A DNA stretch of 64,000 nucleotides from Octopus sinensis. Lineage: Eukaryota. Numbering within the stretch: position 1 is the first letter of the stretch; every line of letters begins with the position of its first letter. Made by a program: the position numbers and the translations under genes. Below are positions 12,395 through 24,975 of this stretch, piece after piece. Under the pieces are notes generated by a model that ran no database searches, was not told the DNA's origin, and worked only from the letters and a program-made list of their open reading frames with translations. The stretch spans positions 124,001-188,000 of the forward strand of contig NC_043020.1 in the NCBI RefSeq assembly GCF_006345805.1, given 5' to 3'.

Positions 12395-12900
12395 GAAAAC
12401 GTGATGGTGGAATAATGAAGTAAATAAAATTCTCAGAGATAAGCAACATGTTCAGAAAGAACTGAAGGGGGGGGGGCAGAGAAAAAAAAAAGAAGAAAGA
12501 TTAGTTTTATAGCTAGGAGGAGTTAGATATTGGGTTTACCTAGTTTGGAGAAAAGCAGCTCTGCTAATTTCCTAATCATAAAGATAAAAGATCTGATATG
12601 TTTGGTGTCGGTTCAGTGGTTGCTGCGAAGATTGGGGGGAAATAGGATAACAATCAATAAAAAGAAGTATGTCAGAGAAGGATGTGGAGCAGTATGGGAA
12701 GATGGCTTGGAAGAGCCAGTATGAGAGGTTGCTAAAAAAGGGGGTAGGGCCCAAGTAGGATGTAAGTCTGCATTGCCAGTGTAGCCATTTAGGGAAGTAG
12801 GGACTAAAGTAATTACGAACCAAAAGGAGGTGTGAACTGGGGAAACCTTGCAGAAGGATTTGGGATGCTGACAAGTATTGAGGACAAGTTGATGATAGCA
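12395..12900 (+). mobile_element. Decayed RTE-clade LINE ORF fragment (endonuclease-RT linker region)
   Basis: Manual translation gives T*WWNNEVNKILRDKQ and, downstream, AWKSQYERLL. These match the WWN.EV and W..Y.E.LLN motifs of RTE ORFs; the fragment has stops and frameshifts. Confidence 0.55.
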
Positions 12901-13127
12901 TATTTAATAACCCTTTTGATATCAATCAGTTTGAAACATGGTCCTGGTTCTGATAAAAAAACTTCCTGTTTTAAAGTGATCCAAATCAAAACCTTCCATC
13001 AATATTTTATTGTGTTCCAAATTCCAGATTAATAATATATTCTAATTTCGGTTGAAGGCCAGCAATTTTGAGGGGAAGGGATTAGCCAATTCTTGACTAC
13101 TACTTTTTTTTTTATCTTCATCAACCT

Positions 13128-13504
13128 GCAGGAGTGGCTGTGTGGTATGTAGCTTGTTTACTAACCACATGGTTCCAGGTTCAGTCCCACTGCGTGGCAC
13201 CTTGGGCAAGTGTCTTCTACTATAGCCTTGGGCCGACCAAAGCCTTGTGAGTGGATTTGATAGACAGAAACTGAAAGAAGCCTGTTGTATATATGTATAT
13301 GTATGAGTGTGTGTTTGTCTTCCCAACATCACTTGACAACCGACGCTGGTGTGTTTACGTTCCCGTAACTTAGCAGTTTGGCAAAAGAGACCAATTGAAT
13401 AAGTACTAGGCTTACAAAGAATAAGTCCTGGGGTCGATTTACTCAACTAAAGGTGGTGCTCCAGCATGGCTGCAGTCAAATGACTGAAACAAGTAAAAGA
13501 GTAA
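13128..13504 (+). mobile_element. SINE family A, full length
   Basis: GCAGGAGTGGCTGTGTGGTA...GACTGAAACAAGTAAAAGAGTAA. Confidence 0.92.
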
Positions 13505-13714
13505 CCCCTGGAAGGCTGGAAAGTAAAGTTGATCTCAGTGGAATCTGAACTCACAACATAGAGTCAGAACAGATACTGCAATGCATTTTTATCCAATGCC
13601 TTTAACAATTCTGCCAGTTTATTGCCTTAAATACCAGCTCTAAAAAATGACAGTTATTTTATTAAATTCTTCATTGTCTTCAATATTAATTGAAACAAAA
13701 CTGGTGTATTTCAA

Positions 13715-14047
13715 AGTGTCTAATGAAAGAGTAATGCCCTGGGCTGCTGTGGTAAATAGGAAACTGCTTTCCGAGATAAGGGCCAAACAAGTGAGATTTT
13801 TGTCATGTGATGACGAAAGTGGGCCTGGAGAATTTAACAGATGACCAGAAAGATTGAAGGGAAAAAGAAGCAGAGGAAGGAGAAGGATGATATGGATGTC
13901 AGACTTGACATATTGGTTGGAAGAAAGAGGTAATAAATATCAGGGAGTGAAACTGTTACAGAAAAGGGGAAGAGCAGAGAACTTGTAGCAGGACATGATT
14001 GCCTATGCCCTACATTTCTGCACATGGCACCTAAAAAGAAAGGAAAA
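13715..14047 (+). mobile_element. 5'-truncated RTE LINE (3' end of ORF)
   Basis: Frameshifted translation KVSNERV..RKLLSEIRAKQVRF / HVMTKVGLENL / KIEGKRSRGRRRMIWMSDL is the typical RTE C-terminus. A 9-bp TSD GTATTTCAA flanks it (13706-13714, 14048-14056). Confidence 0.85.
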
Positions 14048-14417
14048 GTATTTCAACTGAAATATGATGACAGATATGATGACAAGAGTGAATAAACATG
14101 TGCAGCCTCATTGGGATGTTTACGAAATATGATGAATTATTTTGAGAAAGAAAAGTGAATTGTTTAGGAGTAGGGAATAATAGTCGGCGTCATCATCATC
14201 ATCATCATCGGTTTAATGTCCACTTTTCTAGACTTGCATGGGTCCAACAGAATTTGTTGAAGCGGATTTTCTACAGCTGTGTGCCCTTCCTGTTGTCAAC
14301 CCATATTTGTTTCTGAGTAAGGTAGTATTTTCCCCATGTCCTGAGATATTTTCATGTAAGATTTGTTTCTTTATTACCTGCAAGGGGCTAAACATAGAGG
14401 GGACAAACAAGGACAGA

Positions 14418-14642
14418 CAAAGGGATTAAGTCGATTACATCGACCCCAGTGCGTAACTGGTACTTAATTTATCGACCCCGAAAGATTGGAAACAAAGGGA
14501 TTAAGTTGATTACATCGACCCCAGTGCGTAACTGGTACTTAATTTATCGACCCCGAAAGATTGGAAACAAAGGGATTAAGTCGATTACATCGACCCCAGT
14601 GCATAACTGGTACTTAATTTATCGACCCCGAAAGATTGGAAA
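14418..14642. repeat. Three head-to-tail 75-bp copies of a SINE-B segment plus flank
   Basis: Units start at 14418, 14493 and 14568, and each ends with non-SINE ATTGGAAA. Confidence 0.95.
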
Positions 14643-15826
14643 CAAGGAGCATGACTGTGACACTCATTGACAATTATCATGCGGTGGTGACAGTAACACA
14701 TGCACACACACACGATGGGAATGTTTCAGTTTCCATCTCCCAAGTCTAGTCACAGTCTTTGGCTAGCATGAGTCTCTAGTAGAACATGCTTGCCTATGGT
14801 GCTATGCAGTGGGACTGAACTTGAAACCATGTGATTGGAAAGCAAATGGCTTAGGCCACAGTTACACCTACACCAGAATTCAGCACTATTATAAACCTGT
14901 GTAGGCTTTGCTTGAATATGTTAGATTTCTCTCAATAAAATAGCAGTTTAATGTCTTCTACATAAATACTTACAAAATCAGTCTATGAAAAAATGTCATT
15001 GAGAAATAATATAATTTTTTTTTAAATAATAAAGCAAGCAATATTAAAAATATCATATATCTAGTTATAAATACAAAACTAGCACAAACCTTATAATATA
15101 TATAAAAATTATGAATTTCATAACTTTGTAATTTACTTTATATATATATTTCATAATACCTATCTCAATAGAAACATAATTTTAAAAAATCATATAATCT
15201 TCACTTTTTGTGATATTTATAAACCCTTTTGTGTAAAACCCAAAATAATTTATTCTGCTTTTGTATTGAACTGTTTGCGCACACAAAACCATCTATCACT
15301 AGTTAGCTTGGATTCAACCATTTCATATTCTCAATGGAAAAAGCTGATTAATTCTATTACTCAGAAAGTAATATACTTGCTGCTGCTGCTGCTAACATGT
15401 TCTTTTACCTATTCTTTTACTGGCTTCAGTCATTGGACTGTGGCCATCATGGGGATATTGTCTTCAAGGATCTTAAACTGTCATATCAACTTTTTTTCTT
15501 CTTCTTAAGCCTTAGTACTTATTTAAGTCTGGTACCTATTTCAGACATCTTTATTTAAACCAGGGCACAATACTGGTTAGCGGTGACAAGGAAGGTCCCT
15601 ACAGCAAAGTCAGCTTATTAAATCCACTCAAATTGCACGCTTTCATTTTAGAGAAGACCTCTACATTACATAATGTAGTCTTACATTATATCGTATGAAC
15701 ACAAATGTGTGATGGTCACTGTTTGAGGATTATTTTTTATTACAAGTTTGCCCAGTCAGGTTAACCTGGAGCTAAACAACTAGTTTAAACACCTACAACT
15801 TACCTCTCTCTCTAACACAAACACGT

Positions 15827-15861
<35 letters not shown>

Positions 15862-16450
15862 AAATAAATATTTCCTAAGTATTTTGCCTGACTCTCTACT
15901 GAACCTATTAGTTTCTATAAATACAGTGATTCGATGCTAAAGAACGATACATCTCTTCTATTTCTGCCATGCTGCCCCCTCTGTATCTAGTGTGCCACAC
16001 ATATTTTCTGATAGACTATTTTGCACCGCTTTGGTCTTTCATGAATCCCGACTCCATCTCATAGTTTCTACAAAAAGCTTCCGCACATACACAATTGAAG
16101 TACGTGTGATATCACTCCCATTTCTATTCATTCTAACCTGTTCTTTGACAGGCCATTTATTCTTCCCTACCGCTAGATTTTAAGCCTGTTATTTAAATCA
16201 CATTGTATCCACTGGATTGTATTTCTCTCTAACCTTGAAAGTCTTCTATCTTCTCCATCTCATAAATAACGGTAAAACTGTAAACTATACTCATGAACTG
16301 AATATGCTGAAGTACATCGTTTAATTAACAGTACCGTAATGTACAAATGATGACATCGTATTTTCTGTATTCAACTTCCTTCCTACCCGAACTCTGCACA
16401 TTTGTCTTTCTCTCTATACTTATATATATTGTAATAAATATGTATTTATG

Positions 16451-16810
16451 GGTTCAGTCCCACTGTGTGGCATCTTGGGCAAGTGTCTTCTACTATAGCC
16501 TCGGGCCGACCAAAGCCTTGTGAGTGGATTTGGTAGACGGAAACTGAAAAGAAGCCCGTCGTATATATGTATATATATGTGTATATGCGTGTGTGTGTTT
16601 GTTTGTCTGTGTTTGTCCCCCTAGCATTGCTTGACAACCGATGCTGGTGTGTTTATGTTCCCATCACTTAGCGGTTCGGCAAAAGAGACCGATAGAATAA
16701 GTACTGGGCTTACAAAAGAATAAGTCCCGTGGTCGAGTTGCTCGATTAAAGGCGGTGCTCCAGCATGGCCGCAGTCTAACGACTGAAACAAGTAAAAGAG
16801 TAAAAGAGTA
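16451..16810 (+). mobile_element. SINE family A, slightly 5'-truncated
   Basis: Starts at the B-box GGGTTCAGTCCC and ends AAGTAAAAGAGTAAAAGAG. Confidence 0.9.
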
Positions 16811-16882
16811 TACATTTTCATAACCTTGTGTTTAATAATAAAAATATATGTAGTCTTGCTGTGATGTTAGCTCCTGGGTTAA

Positions 16883-17093
16883 CCCTTTAGTATTCACGTT
16901 ATTCTGTCAAAAGTAATACTTATTTATTCACATTGTTTTAAATTAATCCTGCATTATCTTGTAGCTTTGAGATTTTGATGAAGTAACTATTCATTTTTAG
17001 AATTATATTGTAGGGCTGGTGTGAGAGGCCAGATATGGCCAATTTGAACATAAAACAAGGGAGAATATTTTGGCCGGTTTAAATGCTAAAGGG
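16883..17093. mobile_element. piggyBac-type (TTAA) MITE, family PB1
   Basis: TTAA|CCCTTTAG ... CTAAAGGG|TTAA; an inverted homologue lies at 18491-18712. Confidence 0.9.
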
Positions 17094-18113
17094 TTAAAAC
17101 CTCAGTGCTTTCAGGTTTAAAATGCTGGCAGATTGGAACACAAGAGAAAATTGAGTGAACTTTGGCTATCTTTAATGAAACTTTATCTCTAATGAAAGGT
17201 AAAGCTAGTTGATTCAGCTCTTAATTCACACTACTGAAAGCTGCAGGGTTTCACAATACAAACTCAATATCATCATGATCATGATCATTGTTTAATGTCC
17301 GTTTTCCGTGCTATCATGGGTTGGACGGTTCGACCGAGGTCTGGGAAGCCAGGAGGCTGCACCAAGCTCCAGTCTGATCTGGCAGTGTTTCTACAGCTGA
17401 ATGCCCTTCCTAAGTCTAGTACTTATTCAGTTAGACGTTTTTTTGGTTGAGCTGTTAAGTTACAGGGATGTAAACAAACCAACATGTAATACGGGGGAAT
17501 TACTTTTTGTAAGTCTAGTACATATTTTATCAGTCTTTTTTTGTCAAACTGCTAAGTTACAGAGATGTAAACGAACCAGCAAGTGCAGAGGGCCAAATAC
17601 AGACACAAAGACACACACATATACAATAGATTTTCTCATAGTTTCTGCTTACCAAATTATTGGCTGGCAAGGTGCAGTGCAGTGGGAATGAACCCAAAAA
17701 CCATGTGGCTGCAAAGTGAGCCACACAGCCATGCCTGCACCTGTGCAAAATATTCTCAATTAACTGAAGTTTCTTTGTTAGTTGGAGAAAGGAAACAAAA
17801 TCCGAGTGACAATTGTTGGCAGTGCTCAGTAGTGCAGCACCTTAACAGCATTATGTCACTGTAATCATTGTTCACTTCTGTTTATGAGAAGTCCTCTGAT
17901 GATAATTCTTCCTATTTAAATTTCAATTCAGTCTTGTTATTGGATATAAGTGGCTGTTTGAGAGACGCAGAACGATATATACAAATTTATGTGTATAATG
18001 CACTGCCAAATGATGCTTTGAACAGATTTTGAGTATTTGGAACAAAATAAATTACAACCAGTTGCTTCTAATTATAAGCTGGTTTCTGATACAGTTTTCC
18101 CTATTACTTAGAG

Positions 18114-18353
18114 CAGTGGTTCTCAGTCATATTTTTTTTACCTATAGACCCCTTTGATTCCTATTTTACTCAGGTGGACCCTCAATAACCATTAGATTTT
18201 TAAAAACTCCTATTATATTTTTAGAATTAAGTATTAGGAATTGTATAAAACAATGTTAAAATATTTGGTGTATTATAGAAGAATAAGGAATATATTGCTC
18301 ATAAATTTTTTTTTAAATCTTATATAGCGCCCTCCCTAGGTCATATGGACCCC
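18114..18353. mobile_element. hAT MITE, same family as 6267-6564, one end truncated
   Basis: CAGTGGTTCTCAG...CCCCTTTGATTCC...ATGGACCCC matches the reverse complement of the 6267 element. Confidence 0.75.
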
Positions 18354-18490
18354 ATTAATTTAAATATTAATGACTTGCAGGCACACGATATTTCATTAAG
18401 CAACCATAATATGCTACAAGGTATATTAAATGTTTTATAAGTCAATACCATGCACTACTGTGTTAGCAGTGCACATAAGTCATGTGTTAA

Positions 18491-18712
18491 CCCTTTAGCA
18501 TTTAAACGGGCCATATCAGGCCAAAAGTATTCTGCCTGTTTTATGGTCAAACTGGCCAGATCTGGTCTCTCACACCAACCCTACAATATCGTTTTATAAA
18601 ATTAACAGCTACCTCATCAAAATCTCATAGCTACAAAATAATGCATGATTAGTTCAAAACAATTTGGATGAAAAAGCATTAATTTTGGTAGAATAATGCG
18701 AACACTAAAGGG
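18491..18712. mobile_element. piggyBac-type (TTAA) MITE, family PB1
   Basis: TTAA|CCCTTTAGCATTTAAAC ... ACTAAAGGG|TTAA. Confidence 0.9.
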
Positions 18713-18835
18713 TTAAGTGAAAATCTGTAGAGATGACCCTACAGCTAGTTTAGGGTATAAATTTTGAGGAGGTGTGCTTGATTTTGAGGAACTGTTGGTA
18801 CCCACCATTTTATGTAATGCATTTATGTAGTATAT

Positions 18836-19220
18836 AGGTGCAGGTGTGGCATATGGTAAGATGTTTGCTTCCCAGCCACATGGTTCCAGGTTCAGTCCCA
18901 CTGCATAGCACCTTAGGCTTACGTTTTCTACTAAAGCCCTGGGCTGACCAAAGCCTTGTGAGTATATTTGGTAGATGGAAACTGCAGGAAGCCTGGCATA
19001 TATGTATGTGTGTGTGTATGTGTGTCACTGTCATTGTGTGTATGTGTGTCACTGTCCTTCATTTCCAGTCTTCTGTACAACATCACACAGGGAAATATTG
19101 TTTTACTTGGAAACTGGTTAGGTGTGGCCACAAGAAGGGCATCCAGCTGTAAAAAAATCTGTCTTCACAAGTTCCCTCTGCCATATGCAAGCGTAGAAAA
19201 AAAAAGGATGTTCAAATGAT
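18836..19220 (+). mobile_element. SINE with a family A head and a family C-like 3' part (diverged)
   Basis: A-type head and CORE-like segment, TG microsatellite, then AGAAGGGCATCCAGCTGTAAAA and a GATGA tail. Confidence 0.65.
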
Positions 19221-19711
19221 GACAGAACTGCATTTTACCCGATCATTTCAAGCAGGAGTTTTGAGAAGTTTGTTTCTGATGAACCTTTCATACCTACCAT
19301 TTTCTCATCATTTTAACATCCTCTTCTCCATGCCTTCATGGGTCAGACAGTTCACTGAGGTAGATTTTTTATTGCCAAATGCCCTTCTTGTCACTAACCC
19401 TATTCTATTTTTGCATAAAGTAATATTTCACCATGGTCAACATTTTCTCAAAGAATATTGGATATGCCTGACATTGTATGACAGTGACAACCGTCTTACA
19501 TTTATCATGCAATGTCACAACAAGGAGATACAAACATACACACACACTGGTCTTCTTTCAGTTTCTGCTTACCAAAATCCACTCAGAAGGCTTTGCTCAG
19601 CTATGGCTACAGTATAAGACATTTGCCAAAGGTTCCACACAGTAGAACTGAAGTCAGAACCATGTTCTTTGGAAATAAACTTCTCACCACATAACCACAC
19701 CAGCACTTATG

Positions 19712-20026
19712 ACTGACTGACTGACTAACTTGTCAGCATTCACCCGGGGTGGGTTGAGCTGGCTTCATTCATCCTCAATGCTGCATCTCTCACAAATGCT
19801 GACCAGGCCTGGCGACTTGAGGCTAACGACCACATGACCTCCAGCCACTCCCTATTCCAGCAGCAAACGCCGTAGATATGGGGGCCTAGGTTGGGTTCCA
19901 GATCAGCCTTGACTGTCATCAGCCAGGTTTTTTGTTGTCCACCACATCGCTTTCGCCAACCCTGAAGGGGAGCTGGGGCAATTGCTTCGTAGATGAATTC
20001 TCCTGGTTGACGACGGAGGGCATGAC
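19712..20026 (-). mobile_element. 5'-truncated RTE-clade LINE 3' end (SR2-like), with (TCAG)n tail
   Basis: The minus strand reads GHALRRQPGEFIYEAIAPAP..GWRKRCGGQQKTWLMTVKADLEPNLGPHIYGVCCWNREWLEVMWSLASSRQAWSAFVRDAALRMNEASSTHPG*. An imperfect 11-bp TSD CAGCA(C/G)TTATG flanks it. Confidence 0.82.
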
Positions 20027-21596
20027 CAGCAGTTATGCAGTATAATTAGCGAGGAGACAAGCATTGTAAGCTTTAGTACAGAAGTACAGATCTTGTAAGC
20101 TACTTTTGTCACCATCTTTTCTACAGTTCTATCGTCAATCCTTGTAGCTTGTATTAAATAACAATGCCAGTAATAATAATGATTCTCTGCCTTTGACTCT
20201 AAGCAAAGAATTTTCAAGAAAGATTATATACCCAATTAGCAGCAACTCCAATAGATAAGTTGTTCTTATTTAATCAATCCTGGGGGTGACTGAAGAAAAA
20301 TGAATTAACCCTAATGGGAATCGAACTTACTACAAGGTGATGTAACTAATTACTGCAATTCACCTAGTTACGCATTAACATAACGAAAGTGATGACTACA
20401 ACTTCTTTAAGTAGACAACAAGTCTCAGATTTTTTTTTTTAAAAAGGAATTTGAATAGCACGGTGTTAATATGCCTCTGCAGGAACATTAGCGAAACGAG
20501 TCGGTAATTAATATTTTTGCGACTTCAATTTCTTAAAAAGACTTCTGTGTTTGGTTTCGTGCATCTTTACAGCATCTATAACAAAGTTAAATGAAATAGC
20601 ATGCTTTCTCAATTAGTGTCTTTTAAATTTAATGTTCATTGCCAGCTATTGAAAAGTCATTTCAATTTCATATTGTATGTATGTACGTATATATATGTGT
20701 ATGTATGTGATATGCTATGCTATGCTAATTATTATAGCAGTGTTTTGAATAGGGCATTGGGTTAAAACATTGTTGCATCCCACCTCCCTTTCTTCGTAAT
20801 TGCTGTGTTCTTTTATTTCTTTTGAGAAGGAATGAATCGTGCTATGTTTGAATTCAATTTTGTAATTTCAACATTTGTGATAAAAGTTAATTCTTTTGTG
20901 AACCCCTTTAAGTGCAGGAGTTTGTTCAATAATTGATTTACTGAAACTATATTGGGAGTCGTCAATAAGTGATTCTGATTGTCATTCTGCTCATAAACGG
21001 CATAAATACTCAATTTTAAAAAACATGATTTTGTTTTCACAATTTTAAATTTCTGATTTTCTTTTTTTTTTTTTTCTCGCAGCCAGAGTGACATGTTCAG
21101 AAATTGATTAACATATGTAAAGGGTTAATGGGGAACAGAAATTTCCATCATAAGATTTCATTCTCTTGTTTTACAACTTCTATATTTGTACACTTATCGT
21201 CATTGTTGCCACCATCATCTTTGTCATCACTGTCGTCATCACCATCAGCCTCATCATCAACATGACCATTTGTGTCACCACTGTCATCATTTTTGTTTTT
21301 ATATCTGCTTTTCCTATGCTAACATGGGTTCGACAAAACCTGTTGAGGCAGTGTTGTTTGGGCCAGACACTCCTCTTATTGCTGATCCTTGTTTGCCAGT
21401 AAAATACTTGTTCACCTGGTTTTTGTATGACAAACTATTCGCCTGATGGACCTGTTTTTGCAGCAGGCACCCATGTCAATGTTTAACATTGACTTCATTG
21501 CCTTAATGGTGACATTTATTTTACACTAAGGCATATAAAACACAAGATACAAATAGGAAAATAAAACGTGCATGCATGCACAAACATATCCATATA

Positions 21597-22015
21597 GGTG
21601 CAGGAGTGGCTGTGTGGTAAGTAGCTTGCTTACTAACCACATGGTTGCGGGTTCAGTCCCACTGCGTGGCATCTTGGGCTAGTGTCTTCTGCTATAGCCC
21701 CGGGCCAACCAATGCCTTGTGAGTGGATTTGGTAGACGGAAACTGAAAGAAGCCTGTAATATATATGTATATATATATATATGCTTATGTGTGTGTATAT
21801 GTTTGTGTGTCTGTGTTTGTCCCCCTGGCATTGCTTGACAACCGATGCTGGTGTGTTTATGTCCCCGTCACTTAGTGGTTCGGCAAAAAGAGGCCGATAG
21901 AATAAGTACTGGGCTTACAAAGAATAAGTCCCGGGGTCGATCTGCTCGACTAAAGGTGGTGCTCCAGCATGGCCGCAGTCAAATGTCTGAAACAAGTAAA
22001 AAAAGAAAAAAGAAT
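21597..22015 (+). mobile_element. SINE family A, full length, near consensus
   Basis: GGTGCAGGAGTGGCTGTGTGGTAAGTAG...CTGAAACAAGTAAAA. Confidence 0.92.
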
Positions 22016-22101
22016 ATACAGTGGGCTTATATGCATTTTCATTTACCAATTTCATTTATAAGGCATTGGTCAGTCTGAGGTTGTAGTAGAATATATTTGC
22101 A

Positions 22102-22441
22102 CATGGCTCAGTGGTTAGGGCATCAGCATCAGGATCACACTCATGAGGTAGTGAGTTCAGTTTTCAGACCAGGCTGTGTGTTGTGTCCTTGGGTAAGGCA
22201 CTTTATTTCATGTTGCTTCAGTTCACTCAGCTATTGAAATGAGTTGCAACGTCACTGGTGCCAAGCTGTATCGGCCCCTTTGCCTTTCCCTTGGATAACA
22301 TCAGTGACATAGAAAGGGGAGTCTGGTATGCATGGGTGACTGCTGGTCTTCCATAAACAACCATGCCTGGACCTGTGCCTCAGAAGAGAACTTTCTTGGT
22401 GCAATTTCATGGACTTTCATGGATGAAGGGGTTCTTTGCCC
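22102..22441 (+). mobile_element. tRNA-derived SINE family D
   Basis: A-box TGGCTCAGTGGTTAG, B-box-like GAGTTCAG, and a body (GCCTTTCCCTTGGATAACATC) shared with 53068-53200. Confidence 0.75.
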
Positions 22442-22712
22442 TGCATGAATGAACCCAAAACCACATGGCTACAATGTAAACTTCTTAACCTCGCATTCAT
22501 GTCTGCTGTCATAGATTATTCCAAGTTTATGTAATATACCATATTTGGTATACAAGATGCATTTTTACACTAAGAGTATCTAAAAAAAAAATCACTCCAG
22601 GTTCTATATGCCAAGTGGGGTTTATGTCACATTCTTTAATGCACTAAAATCATTTTTCTTGAATATGTGCTGCTTGAAATTGTGGTGCAGCTAAAAAGCC
22701 TGTGCACTCTGT

Positions 22713-22890
22713 GGAGGCACGTGGCTTAGTGGTTAGGGTGTTGGTCTCATGATCATAAGATTGTGGTTTCGATTCCTGGACCAAGCAATGCATTGTGTTC
22801 TTGAGCAAAACACTTCATTTCACATTGCTCCAGTCCACCCACCTGGCAAAAATGGGTAATCCTGCAACAGATGGGCATCCCATCCGGGTG
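22713..22890 (+). mobile_element. tRNA-derived SINE family D/E, 5' part
   Basis: GGAGGCACGTGGCTTAGTGGTTAGGG...GGTTTCGATTCC...TTCTTGAGCAAAACACTTCATTTCAC. Confidence 0.75.
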
Positions 22891-23044
22891 GGGAATATAT
22901 TACTCTTACTCTTACTCGTTTCAGTCATTTGACAGCGGCCATGCTGGAGCACCGCCTTTAGTCGGGCAAATCGACCCCGGGACTAATTCTTTGTAAGCCC
23001 AGTACTTATTCTATCGGTCTCTTTTGCCGAACCGCTAAGTGAAA

Positions 23045-23395
23045 CCAAGAAACCAGCCTTATGAGTCGCCATGACTCAAGAAGGTAGCTTTACCTTTGTT
23101 TTGTTTACCTGTGCACTCCATCAATTACAATAATAAAGGTTCTAGTTGATCTGAAATTACCGTGCAAGTGGGTGAGCGCTTCACAGACACACATACCCTT
23201 AATGTAGTTCTCCAAGAGATTCTGTGTGACACAAAGTCGGCTCTTTGAAATATAGCTGCAACTCATTTTTGCCAACTGAATGGATTGGAGTAATGTGAAA
23301 TAAAGTGTCTTTCTCAAGGGCACAACATGCTGCCAGGTATTGAACTCACAACCTTGTGATCATGAGCTGAATACCCTAACCACTAAGCCACATAT
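23045..23395 (-). mobile_element. tRNA-derived SINE family E
   Basis: The reverse complement matches 30452-30788 (GTCTGTGAAGCGCTCACCCAC; TTGAGAAAGACACTTTATTTCAC). Confidence 0.7.
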
Positions 23396-23416
23396 CATTC
23401 AAATAATACATTCTCT

Positions 23417-23826
23417 TTCTCTTTTACTTGTTTCAGTCATTTGACTGTGGCCATCCTGGGGCACCGCCTTTGGTCGAGCAAATCGACCCTGGGACTTATT
23501 CTTTGTAAGCCCAGTACTTATTCTATCGGTCTCTTTTGCCGAACTGCTAAGTGACGGGGACGTAAACACGCCAGCACCGGTTGTCAAGCAATGCTAGGGG
23601 GACAAACACAGACACACAAACATACATGCACACATACATATATATATATATATACATATATACGACAGGCTTCTTTCAGTTTCCGTCTACCAAATCCACT
23701 CACAAGGCTTTGGTTGGCCCGAGGCTATAGCAGAAGACACTTGCCCAAGATGCCACGCAGTGGGACTGAACCCGGAACCATGTGGTTGGTTAGCAAGCTA
23801 CTTACCACACAGCCACTCCTGCGCCT
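23417..23826 (-). mobile_element. SINE family A, full length, near consensus, antisense
   Basis: Reverse complement of family A running from the tail CTCTTTTACTTGTTTCAG to the head CCACTCCTGCGCC. Confidence 0.92.
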
Positions 23827-24366
23827 ATTGGTAGTTAAAAAGCATTCTTCTTTCGTAGTTAAAAAGCATTCTTCTTTAGTAAAAAGAAGTCTGATATTGG
23901 AAATGGGGTACTGAAGACTTTTGGAGAATACACTGACCAAAGTTTAGTGTAGAACACAGGAATACAGGAGATGATGTTAATAATCCAATTATAACAAACT
24001 GCACTTAGTCAAAGTCAACATTTGGTTGTGTTGCGAGACAAAAATCTCGTGTGTATTTGTTTTTTTTTGTTCTGTTTATTTATTGCTTGTTATTTTTCTC
24101 TATTTATAATTTATTAACTTTTTTTTTGTCTATAATGAGGAATCAGGATGAATATTTTTGAATAATTTATCTGAGAAGTCACTAATCTGAGGTGACTAAA
24201 CATTAGCTGTGTTGAAACATATTTTCAGCATATGTATGTGTGTCTGTGTGTATGTATGTGTGTGTATGTGAAGATTTTTCTTCACATCAGCCAAGGTCTG
24301 CTTTTGTTTCTTCTCTAGGTCTTGTATTTATGCTGAATTAGCTTTCTGTCAAGTTAGTCCTTTATT

Positions 24367-24399
<33 letters not shown>

Positions 24400-24535
24400 T
24401 TACATACACACATACATAGTTACATACATACATAAATACATATATATATATATACATACACCCACACCCCACTTTGCACATTTTTGTAGTAAATATCAAT
24501 TACACTGGAGATTTACTACTACTGCCGCCACCACC

Positions 24536-24576
<41 letters not shown>

Positions 24577-24975
24577 ATCGAAAGTAATCTTCAATTTCAA
24601 TGTGTGTGTGTGTGTGTTCTATTCTCTTTTGAAATCTGCACTTGAATTCTCTTGGCTCCTTCGTCTTATCTTATCCCCTCCTCCTACTACTACTCGCGTT
24701 TCACTGTCACACAGCATTAGATCGCTAACGCACATGCTTTATGCAACCAGTCCTTTTTGTGTAGATAATCTCTTTTCTCTTTCTTCTTGTCTGTAGGAAA
24801 ACCAAAATACCTTAATCTCCTTTCATTCAGTGACTACAACAAGCTCCAGATACTACCAGGCTTTACAAACTGACTTGCTTTATAATAAACAAGAGATCTT
24901 CTCTCTGTTTATGTTGCCTAAACAACAGAAACTTATCCGTTTCTTTTGATCCATAATTGCAGACAATTTCTATGC

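Noticed and set aside
14449-14670. 73-aa ORF with three 25-aa repeats; spaced repeats superficially CRISPR-like
   Set aside because: The units are contiguous 75-bp SINE duplications without unique spacers, the context is eukaryotic, and there are no cas genes.
23831-23878. 24-bp tandem duplication next to a SINE head; similar 17-bp duplication near 8450-8485
   Set aside because: These look like ordinary slippage duplications with no further structure.
24319-24352. Possible 34-nt exon SCIYAELAFCQ
   Set aside because: The donor is weak (AA|GTTAGT) and the phase is incompatible with the other candidates. It is unsupported without RNA data.
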